Shown in pieces: positions 1-9,483 of a DNA stretch of 64,000 nt. The DNA is from Eledone cirrhosa (lineage: Eukaryota). The position numbers and the translations under genes are program-made. The notes beneath the pieces were generated by a model. The model was not told where the DNA came from. It saw nothing but the letters and a program-made list of their open reading frames with translations, and searched no databases. Each line of letters starts with the position of its first letter. The stretch's first letter is position 1. The stretch spans positions 173,042,001 to 173,106,000 of the forward strand of contig OZ024742.1 of the NCBI GenBank assembly GCA_964016885.1. Reading direction: 5' to 3'.

Positions 1-700
1 TGTTCGTGGGGTAAGTTTTTAATTAATCTTTGTATTCTGAAATATCAAAATACAACAATTCTTTGCTCACTAGACTCGGGAATATCGTGACAGAAGTTTG
101 TGAAAGTTACACAAATATTGTCGTATATTTTACCAGAGCAATCCTTATTTATATTTTACATTTTACATTTAGTTACATCTCAATATAACATGGCTAAAAT
201 TCAAATTTTGCAAAGAGAAGAAAATGGACAAATGAACTAGATACATCTCACAATAACATCTCCACCACCCCCCCACCCCCCACCACCACCACCACATTTA
301 TATTATCCTATCTAGACTAAAGTCACCGACCTGTTGTCAAACTCTCTACTTCGTGTTGAATGTGTATGTGTGTGTATGTATATATATATATATATATATG
401 TATGTATATGTGTGTATATACATCACTCAGTCAAACGACCAGATTTCAACCCCAACATCTACAACAACAACACTGGCACTAATGTTTACAGCAACAACAG
501 CTTCAGAATGAATTGAAATGAACATTTACAACAACAACAGCGGCATCAAACGATAAATAAAAACCCCAAAATACAAAATAACAAAACACACACACACACA
601 CACACACAATTCAATAACACCAACTGCCACCACCACACCACCTACACCACCACCACCATCCACCATCACGAGCGATTGGGCCTTAAGAAAACAACAACTT

Positions 701-865
701 TAATAATAATAATTGTTCTGCTTTTGTCACGGAGCCAGCGATTGTACCAGCGCATTACTGGTGCTCTCTTTTGTTGACTCCGTGGGGATGAAAGGCAAGG
801 CTGACCTTTGCGGGATTTGAGCTCGGAGCGTGGAGGGCCATAGCTCTATACTGTAAAGCAATTAT
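701..865 (-). mobile_element. SINE 3'/central fragment with (TTA)n tail, A>G-rich copy
   Basis: Aligns by eye to in-window copies at 40101-40172, 23767-23845 (reverse complement) and 51195-51265. A (TAA)n run on the left marks the tail of a minus-strand copy. Confidence 0.75.
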
Positions 866-1050
866 AATAATACTGAACGGTAACAAGAAGGGCTTCAAAT
901 ATACGAACTCTTTTGAAAGTCAAGAGTTGACATAATCTTGTAATCTTGTATCAGTAATGACAGTAATATATATACATATATATATATATATATACATATA
1001 TAGATAGATAGATAAATATACACGGGTGAGTATGATTGTGTATAGAAGAT

Positions 1051-1216
1051 TATATTAATAAGAGGAATTCCAACTTTTTCTGATTTACTCGTTTTATTTA
1101 CAATCCTTTAACATTTTTTTAAATTTATAATGGTATTATAATACCATTATAAATTTTAAAGGATCGTAAATAAAACGAGTAAATCAGACAAAGTTGGAAT
1201 TCCTCTTATTAATATA
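1051..1216. repeat. Near-perfect hairpin palindrome next to (TA)n
   Basis: Arm atattaataagaggaattccaac...acaatccttta is the reverse complement of taaaggatcgt...ggaattcctcttattaatat. The centre aaatttataatggtattataataccattataaattt is itself palindromic. Confidence 0.9.
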
Positions 1217-1364
1217 TATATATATATACATAAATATGTGTGTGTGTTTGTTTGTATGTATGAATGTTGGAGTGTGCGCGCGTATGTATGTGTCTGTGAG
1301 GGTGTGTATGTCGTACGTATAAGTGTCAATAAATGAGTTTCTATTTTTATTTTTATGCGCGGGG

Positions 1365-1650
1365 ACATAGAAATAGTCGGGCTGGATACCCGATCGCGCA
1401 GTTAAACCAGTGGGAGTGAAGAATCCCTTCCCTTGTCAGGCCATTCTTCTAGGAGAAGGCATCTCCGGAAACTGGGTTAACTCCGACATAAAACTTGCGG
1501 TTCTGTAGTTTCCGATGATGTTGATCTTTTCTTCTTTTCGGGTTAGAGCTACTGTCGCTCAGAGAGTGGGTTGGCTCAGTGCACAGTCCTTCCTCACATT
1601 AAACATATTCATCACGCACAGGCATTGCACGATTGGATTAATTAATAATT
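1365..1650 (+). mobile_element. Possible RTE-5'UTR-like/SINE-like interspersed repeat fragment
   Basis: GC-richer island with ctaggagaagg motif reminiscent of RTE 5' regions. No ORF and no second copy in the window. Confidence 0.3.
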
Positions 1651-1679
1651 ATTAATAGTGTATTATTATTATTATTATT

Positions 1680-2300
1680 GCTGTCTTGTGTGTTTATGTC
1701 GAACACCTGTTGTCGCGTGTGGGACGGATCCAGCTATCAGCTGAGACCATCGTGAGGATTGCCCCGCCCTCTTCCTTTAGCCGGGAAGGGCAGGCAGTTT
1801 TTATCTGTCTGGTGGCCATGGCGAAAGAGATAGTGTGGTGGACTCGTTTGAAAGGGATGAAGACGAGCACTTACCTCTTCGGTGATGCCCTGTTTAACTT
1901 TTTCAAATTTCATTTGAAAAGGAAAATCAGGGTAGAAAGGGAAGTGCTCTCTTCCCAGCATTTTGTTGAAAGATGGGTGAGAGAAGCAAGTATGGCCCGA
2001 GTGAATGGGCTTACTCTGAGTATGTTTCTGTAAATTAAAGGTGGAAAACTGGGAGAGGGCACTTGCCCTGGTGGTCAGGGTCACTGTGGCTTTTTAATGG
2101 GCTTTCTCACCAATTTCCCTCGGACGTCTCCCCCCTATTGGGGAATTTGTTCATTGTTCTATTATTACATCATCTGTTTCTTGATTTTACACGCAGAAAT
2201 GCCCATTTGTACCGCCCTGTATTGTACTGTACTGTCCTTAATGTCTACTTTATGTAAATCTTGGTGGTTAATAAAGAAATCATTATTATTATTATTATTA
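1680..2300 (+). mobile_element. 5'-truncated L1/Tx1 LINE 3' fragment (end of ORF2, 3'UTR, AATAAA, (TTA)n tail)
   Basis: ORF 1686-2033 is nearly identical to the ORF2 C-terminus at 12261-12671 and 41121-41831 (FFKFHLKRKIRVEREV). Shared 3'UTR. (ATT)n on both flanks. Confidence 0.9.
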
Positions 2301-2302
2301 TT

Positions 2303-5300
2303 CCTTGAATCTCAGTCATTGATGTTGGTTAACTGGAAAGTCCGTTGGATTGAATATCAAGCCACTACCTGCAGCCTCAGATATTCAGGACGTATCGGAG
2401 GGTTCTTGCCGTTCCAAGCAAGCATGCCTTTTGAAGCGTTCCAAAAAGCGTGAAGGGGCCGATTTTCTTTAACCATCCCTTGAAACCTTTGGAGATAGTC
2501 CCCAGTGCGCCTATGACAATCGGGATCACTTTGACTTCATGGCAGTTCCAAATCCTTTTCACCTCCCACTTTAGGTCCTGGTATCGGTTAATTTTCTCCC
2601 TCTCCTTCTCTTGCACTCTCGTGTCGAACGGGCAGGCCACATCCACAATCAGGCACGATCTTTTTTCTTTGTCCACAACCACCAGGTCAGGTCTATTGTG
2701 TTCCAGTTTTTTGTCCGTCTGTATCCTAAAATCCCACAGCACCTTCACCTGACTGTTCTCCATCACCGCCTCTGGCCTATGCTCATACCATTTCTCAGAA
2801 TGTGGTAGATTGTTTACTTTGCACAGGTGCCAGTGGATCACCCTGCCCATCACATCGTGTCTCCAGCCCTTATAGTGGGTCTGGGCTAGGTGTTTACACT
2901 CGGACACAATGTGGGCCACAGTCTCCTCTCTCTCTCCACAGATCCTGCACAGTGGGCTAGCCTCCTCCTTGTAGATATGGTGCTTCAACCACTTCGTTTT
3001 GAGGGCCTGCTCCTGCGCAGCCATTAGCATTCCTTCTGTAGCCTTTTTGAGGTCTCCTCTTCTCAACCAGTTCCATGTCTGTGGATCTCTAAATTCAGTT
3101 TTCTCAAAGAAGGTACTATGAAGGGATTTTCCCTTAAGGCTGCCCTTCCTCCTTGATGTTATTTCCTCCTTGGATATCCCCTGGCCTACTGTCCCCTCCT
3201 TCAGTACAGCTCTGAGCATTGGCTCCTTACTATAGGTCACGTATTTGTATAGGTTGTTTTTCTCCATCTGAACACAGTCCTCTATGCTGATAAGACCTCT
3301 TCCACCCTCAGATCTCCTTAGGTAGAGTCTATCGACATCACTCCTCTTGTGGAACATGTTGTAGATAGTCAATAGCTTCCTAGTCTTCCTATCCATTTCT
3401 TTTTGTTCAGCAACATTCCATCTCAGAATTCCCGCACTGTACCTAATAATAGACACAGCTCGGGAATTTACTGCGCTTATGGCATTTCTGCTGTTCAGAT
3501 GTGACTTCAATACGCTCCTTACTCTCCGAATGTATTCAGTTCTTAACAATTCCTTCATTTTTTTGTTCTTTATGCCATCAGCCTCCAGAACGCCCAAATA
3601 CTTGTATCCTTCCTCAGAGTCAATTTCCTTTATCATCTCACCTGTTGGTATCTGGATCCCGTTACTTCTGCTCAACCTACCCCTCCTCATCACAATGACT
3701 CCACATTTACCAATACCAAACTGCATACATATATCACTGCTGAAAATACGGACAGTGCCAACAAGCACATCCAACTCCTTCTCACTTTTCCCGAAGAGCT
3801 TGAGATCGTCCATGAAGAGGAGGTGATTGATGGTAAGCTCTCCCCTTCCCAACTTGTATCCTGCTCTCACTTTTCGCAGCATAATGGTCAAGGGCATCAG
3901 GGCAAGGACAAACAACAGAGGGGACAGGCTATCTCCCTGGAAGATACCTCTCTTGATCTTCACGCTTCCCAAGGATACTCCAGTTGATGTCAACTCTGTC
4001 TCCCAGGACCCCATACTCCTGCCCAGCAACTGTCTGATGTTATCTGCCACCCTGAAGATCTCCAGGCTTTTGGTGATCCAGGAATGAGGCACCATGTCAA
4101 ATGCCTTTCTGTAGTCTATCCATCCCATGGCAAGATCAGTGTGTCTCCTCCTGCAATTCCCCATTACCATCTTATCAATAAGCAACTGGTCCTTTGTACC
4201 ACGTGACTTCTTTCGGCATCCTTTCTGTTCGTCCGGTAACAAGTTGTTTGTGTGGAGGTGATGGTAGATTTCCTCAGACACAATGCTCGTCAACAGTTTC
4301 CACATTACGGGCAGACATGTGATAGGTCTATAGTTGGTAACATCATTACCCTTGCTTCGGTCTTTCATTATCAAAACTGTGGTACCTTTTGTCAACCACT
4401 CTGGCACCTCACCCGACACCAAGCAGTCATTGAACATGGCCGTCAGCTTCGGGTGGAGGGATGTTAAATGTTTAATCCAATACCCCTGCACACCATCTGG
4501 GCCTGGTGATTTCCAGTTGGTTAGTTTTTTGGCTTGCCCCTTAAGAGTTTCAACTGTGATACTCAAATCAGTCTGTTGTTGTGCCTGCTCACCGATCTCC
4601 CTCTGTACTGTCTCAATCCACCCTGCCTGGGCATTGTGTCTAACATCCTGCTCCCATATTCCTCTCCAGAATGTTTTAGCTTGTTCCGCCCCAGGGATCG
4701 AGTCGTTGCCTCTTTCTTTCCCCTCAAGCTGTCCAAACAGCATCTTCTGGTTGTTGTCGAACATGCGGTTCTGTTTATACTGACTGACTCTGTTCTCGTA
4801 TCGCCTGATTTTGGCACTCTTTGCTACAATGCGTTGCTTCAATTCCTCTATGATAATATTTAGCTTTTTACTCCTAGTTTTGTATTTTATTTCCAGTCTA
4901 TTTTTAGTGCCTATGTTTTTTAGTGTCCCATTCAGTAGTGACTCAAGCTTTCCTATGTCATTTCTCATTTCCCCGATTTGCCCACTCAGTCGCTTCTTCC
5001 ACCACGGCTCTGCTCTTTCTTGTCTGTTGTTTCCTCTCGCTTTTATACCAAGTAGTTTCCTCACCGTATTTGCTGTTGCTTTGAGGATATTGTTGCACTG
5101 GTGAAGACTCCTCGCCTCAAGGTATGGGATGACTTTGTTTACCTTAGCTGTTGTTTCTTTTAACTTTTTCCTGTCTACAAATCTTAGGTTCATAGGTCTC
5201 CCACTATCATTGTTCAACTCATCTACCACTAAATTTAGGATGTCAACCGAATCTTGTCCTAGCCCGTCAGCATTCATCTCCTCAGTGGCCGTATCTCTGT

Positions 5301-5886
5301 TCCAGGTATTATTTATCTCAGTATTCAGATCATTGTCTGCTTCGGGTGGTTCCTCCGTTCTCAGGACCTCCTCACCTTCATTTGCCGCCGGCTCGCTTGT
5401 CTGGCATACTACACCCGCCATCTCCAAGCCATTCTCTCTGCTCAGTTCCTCCAGTTCCAGCTCGCTTATCCACCCATTAGTTCTTATTACCCGAGCCTGC
5501 CCGGCCAATTTTTGTTCATCTAATTTAAATAAACCAATCTCGTTCCAGATGTTATGCATCCGTCTCCTGTAGCCCCTCTCCTTGGGGTTACTTTTCAGGT
5601 AGCATTGCATAACAGTTCTATTCAATTCTTTCGTCCAGTTGGTTCTGGCCCCTTTCCTTCTTCTTCTTCCTCCAACATCAGCAGTATTTGGTTGACAGTC
5701 AGGTTCCTGCTGCTGAGCCAGGGGGCACCTGTTGGGTGAGAGTCTGTCACATGACGTTCTAGTCTCCATTTCACCGTTATTCGAACTGTTTATGTTCGAT
5801 ATTTAAACACTCTTATCGAGGATTGGCGAACGTATGTTTACATAGCCATCTGTGGATCCGCCATCCCACTTGGACCTTGTGTGGCA
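2303..5886 (-). mobile_element. Full-length R4/Dong-like single-ORF non-LTR retrotransposon (RT + RLE), family 1
   Basis: Single long ORF with short UTRs. 3' end runs into (TAA)n; ATAAT at the 5' junction. Confidence 0.88.
2377..5769 (-). CDS. Intact 1130-aa RT / CCHC knuckle / PD-(D/E)xK restriction-like endonuclease polyprotein
   Basis: KSPGPDG, NYRPITCL, WIDYRKAFD, GIFQGDSLSPLLF, LLFMDDLKLF, YKYLG (RT); CRICGEREETVAHIVSEC (zinc knuckle); RHD, RPDLVVVD..IVDVACP..EKINRY (RLE). Confidence 0.93.
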   Translation of the reverse strand: METRTSCDRLSPNRCPLAQQQEPDCQPNTADVGGRRRRKGARTNWTKELNRTVMQCYLKSNPKERGYRRRMHNIWNEIGLFKLDEQKLAGQARVIRTNGWISELELEELSRENGLEMAGVVCQTSEPAANEGEEVLRTEEPPEADNDLNTEINNTWNRDTATEEMNADGLGQDSVDILNLVVDELNNDSGRPMNLRFVDRKKLKETTAKVNKVIPYLEARSLHQCNNILKATANTVRKLLGIKARGNNRQERAEPWWKKRLSGQIGEMRNDIGKLESLLNGTLKNIGTKNRLEIKYKTRSKKLNIIIEELKQRIVAKSAKIRRYENRVSQYKQNRMFDNNQKMLFGQLEGKERGNDSIPGAEQAKTFWRGIWEQDVRHNAQAGWIETVQREIGEQAQQQTDLSITVETLKGQAKKLTNWKSPGPDGVQGYWIKHLTSLHPKLTAMFNDCLVSGEVPEWLTKGTTVLIMKDRSKGNDVTNYRPITCLPVMWKLLTSIVSEEIYHHLHTNNLLPDEQKGCRKKSRGTKDQLLIDKMVMGNCRRRHTDLAMGWIDYRKAFDMVPHSWITKSLEIFRVADNIRQLLGRSMGSWETELTSTGVSLGSVKIKRGIFQGDSLSPLLFVLALMPLTIMLRKVRAGYKLGRGELTINHLLFMDDLKLFGKSEKELDVLVGTVRIFSSDICMQFGIGKCGVIVMRRGRLSRSNGIQIPTGEMIKEIDSEEGYKYLGVLEADGIKNKKMKELLRTEYIRRVRSVLKSHLNSRNAISAVNSRAVSIIRYSAGILRWNVAEQKEMDRKTRKLLTIYNMFHKRSDVDRLYLRRSEGGRGLISIEDCVQMEKNNLYKYVTYSKEPMLRAVLKEGTVGQGISKEEITSRRKGSLKGKSLHSTFFEKTEFRDPQTWNWLRRGDLKKATEGMLMAAQEQALKTKWLKHHIYKEEASPLCRICGEREETVAHIVSECKHLAQTHYKGWRHDVMGRVIHWHLCKVNNLPHSEKWYEHRPEAVMENSQVKVLWDFRIQTDKKLEHNRPDLVVVDKEKRSCLIVDVACPFDTRVQEKEREKINRYQDLKWEVKRIWNCHEVKVIPIVIGALGTISKGFKGWLKKIGPFTLFGTLQKACLLGTARTLRYVLNI

Positions 5887-6359
5887 TTATCACCACGCTG
5901 TATACGGACACACATAAATAAACAAACACACGGGCAGAAAGGGCCCCAAAAATGAATAAGCATAAGTTTCATTGTAATGTAGTATTCGAATGTCTGACTT
6001 AGTTTTTGTTTTTTAAGTTTTACTTTTTCCCCCCTCTTCTCTGTCCGTCCACCTGCTTCTCTCTTCATTCTTATTTTCTTTACGTTTTTGGGGTTTCTTT
6101 TTTTGTTTTTGTTTTTCTCTGTTTGTTTTTCTCGTTTTTTTTTGTTTTTTTTGCTGTTGTTGCTGTGCTGCTTTGGTTTTGTTGTTTGTTTTTTCTTTTT
6201 TCTTTTGAGTCTATCTATATATTTTGATGCCTTCCTCTTTGTTAGTAGTAGGAATTCTATAATGTGGAAGTGGCAGCCAGCAGAGACTGGCGGCGTTGGC
6301 GATACTGAGACAGTGGTGGTGGTGATGTCGATACCGAGGCAGTGGTGGCGGTGATGCGA

Positions 6360-7010
6360 CCGTATTACTGTAGTGATGGTGCTGTAGCGGTGGCAGCAGC
6401 AGTAAAGGAGTCAAGGGGTGGTGGCGGCGGTGATGGGATAGTGGTGGTAATGATGGCCGTAGTGAGCGGTGGCGGTGAAGGTGAAAATGCTGTTGTGTTT
6501 AGTGTACACAGATGATGGCGTGGGTGGTGTATCTAGTTTCTGGTGTTGGTGAGTTTAGCTGTCCTATATAGTGTAGCCAGGGGAGAGGAGGGGGGGTTCT
6601 TCTTCTTCCATTTATAGCCATTTTATTTTTTTTTGGATATACAGTGTACAATACAAAGTTGAATATTTGAATATTTGAGCCGTATTACTGTAGTGATGGT
6701 GCTGTAGCGGTGGCAGCAGCAGTGAAGGAGTCAAGGGGTGGTGGCGGCGGTGATGGGATAGTGGTGGTAATGATGGCCGTAGTGAGCGGTGGCGGTGAAG
6801 GTGAAAATGCTGTTGTGTTTAGTGTACACAAATGATGGGGTGGGTGGTGTATCTAGTTTCTGGTGTTGGTGAGTTTAGCTGTCCTATATAGTGTAGCCAG
6901 AGGAGAGGAGGGGGGGGGGGGTTCTTCTTCTTCCATTTATAGCCATTTTTTTTTTTTTTTTTTGTATATACAGTGTACAATACAAAGTTGAATATTTGAA
7001 TATTTGAGCC
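6360..7010. repeat. Tandem direct duplication of a ~320-bp unit
   Basis: cgtattactgtagtgatgg...gaatatttgaatatttgagcc occurs at ~6360-6680 and ~6680-7010, with few substitutions and differing G/T run lengths. Confidence 0.92.
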
Positions 7011-7021
7011 TTATAACAATA

Positions 7022-7067
<46 letters not shown>

Positions 7068-7291
7068 GTTATTATTGAATGCCATGGTTGACGGGGGCTC
7101 GGCTCTGTAAGGTATAGTAATTTTTAACCGCTATAACAATTGTAAATTCTTTAAAACTTTAACCAAATCGTAGATAAAAACACCCTCCTCCCCGTGAGAG
7201 GGGTCATTTTCTCGTTATTTGGCCATTCGGGGTTAAATAACCGCTTATTGGGGTTTTGTGCCCAATATTTATTTTAACTCGTAAAAAAAAC

Positions 7292-7664
7292 ATGGCTACA
7301 AAAAATAATTTTCACAAGTCACTCCCACTCTTTCCGTCTTCTTCTTCCTCAATCGTCATTACATCAGAGAGAAGATTGCCCCCCCCCCCTTCTCTAAATA
7401 TGGTGTCGCCTCTTTCGCAAGCGACGCCATTAAAGAAAAAGAAAAAGAAAATTTCTGGTAGCTTTCACTAAGAGAACGTGCAAACCGTGGAACATTTCCC
7501 CACGACGACGACAACGATGAAAAATGTGTGCGGTAAATACGGAAAGCCATTTCATTCGTCTGACGTCATGAAGAATAGCAGCAAGAGCCGTAATAACAGC
7601 AGCAGCAGCAACAGTGACAAGGAAAACACTAGTAGCAGCCGGAACACATCAGCACCAGCATAAC

Positions 7665-7696
<32 letters not shown>

Positions 7697-9449
7697 ATAA
7701 CATCAGCAGCAGCAGCAGCAACAACAACAAGGACAGCAATAGCGGCGGTGGTGGTCGTAGTACCAGCAGTAACAACAAAAGTAACAGCAGCTCTGACGAC
7801 AACAACAACAACAACAACAACAAGAAAGAAAAACAAATCTCGTATGCAGGTATCGCAAAGAACCTGGACACCATCCTTATAACAAATGAGGAATTGCAGG
7901 AAGCAAAGAAGATGGTGACGAAAACCACACCGAGCAATCAGCAAGGCAGCCGAAAAATGTTTCGAAACCCAACAGCACTGTACGGTCACGTACAGTACAG
8001 TAAGCACAATATCCCGTAGGGTTGAAAGAGCCACAGAGGCTCAAATACAAAAGGCATTAGGGTCTGAGTGGCAGGGGAAAACGCATATCACCCGAGGCCA
8101 GAAATATGCCACCGTGGACGTGCTTTTTGCCACAGCCCAGGAGACAAATGCTCAATCCTTAGTGACCCTAAGGACCGAGGAAATGGTGTTGGTGCCCTCT
8201 TACTGTGGGCAATAACTTGTGATGGCCAAACTAACCCCCCCCCCCCCCCCCCCCAGGATGGCCCCTATTTGGCTGGCCACGTCTGTCCTCGTCGGAATCG
8301 AGGACAAAACAACTGTACTGCAAGTACAGACAAAAGTACGAGAAGATTGGGTCGGCACCTCCATTGAGATGTTAATTCAAACCAACCAGGCGTGCATTGA
8401 AACTATCCCGGATGTGATAGACTTCGATAATGGCACTCAACTTCCAATAAGTGTCGATGGAAAACGCCCGCAATGCTTTCGCTGTGGGTCGAAGACTCAC
8501 CTCAGGGCCTTCTGCAATGAGAAGACACTGATAAAAGAGAAAACCACCGTCCTTCCGAAACCGGCTCCACTGCTATCAGCCAAAGGACAGGCGGCAAGCA
8601 GAAAGGATAGGTCCGTGGCACCTATACCACCGCCAGGGAAATCAAGAACAGCAGCAGCAGTGGAATTATTAACAACAACAACAGTAATACCAATTGCAAC
8701 TGCATCAGTGACTCCACTGCAACCATCATCAACAAGAACAAGTGAAAGAGTGGGGCTGGTAACCCTCCCCGACCTCACAGAATGGGACATGGAGTGTGAG
8801 GTGGGAGAGGGATGGCAAAATGTCGCAAGAAGGCAAAAACGCAGAAGCAGCGCGTCGCCGCTTTCGAAAAGAGAGGGAAGAAATGAGAAAAGGGTAAAGG
8901 CTACTGCAAAGAGACTTACAGCAGCAACACCACCAACACCAGCACAACCCACACTAGCACCACAATCACCACCGGCGGCTTCCCACCGCCAACAACAACA
9001 ACACATTCAACACCACCACCACGAGCACCAACATAGCAAACACAACAACAAAACACACACAACGACAACAAAATAGCAGAACCACACCCCAACCACAGAA
9101 AAAGATATGCACAGCAATACATACACACAACAAGAAACTAATGACTTACATAATTGAACGCACATACATTTCACAGTACAACTACATAATACCAGCACCA
9201 ATCAAAACACCAACGAACATAAGGCTGGTAAGAATATCACACAAACAATACACACACATTAAAATGAAATTCCGCAACGCAGTTGTTGATTTCAGAGACC
9301 TAGGAGGGGCACTCAACCGGAGAGTATATTCGGATATACTCACAGACGATCTGACGACCAGCCGAAGGGACGATTCAACGGCCCCTTCACCAGACGATCA
9401 AGTGAAAAGGCATGTAGAAACCCTCTTTCCTCTACGAGAAGTAAGGTAA
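7292..9449 (+). pseudogene. Tx1 ORF1 (gag-like), frameshifted
   Basis: Starts MATKNNF. Ser/Asn-rich AGC/AAC tract. CFRCGSKTHLRAFC = CX2CX4HX4C knuckle. Split over ORFs 7256, 7478, 8219 and 9141. Confidence 0.8.
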
Positions 9450-9483
9450 GTGGACTTTCCCATCTGTTCCATTCCATTTCAAC

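Noticed and set aside
2085-2110. Histone-like stem-loop in the Tx1 3'UTR
   Set aside because: Does not match GGCTCTTTTCAGAGCC geometry and varies between copies.
2450-5739. Plus-strand ORFs overlapping the RT-RLE gene, and similar antisense ORFs over other LINEs
   Set aside because: Shadow frames of the real opposite-strand ORF; no motifs.
5770-5895. HDV-like ribozyme in RLE 5'UTRs (also 16735-16838 and the Tx1 5'UTR)
   Set aside because: Only simple hairpins could be formed by eye; no complete P1/P1.1/P2/P3 pseudoknot. A descriptor search would be needed.
6085-6208. A-free tract as a second A>G hyper-edited region
   Set aside because: No homologous copy for comparison; T-rich low complexity suffices.
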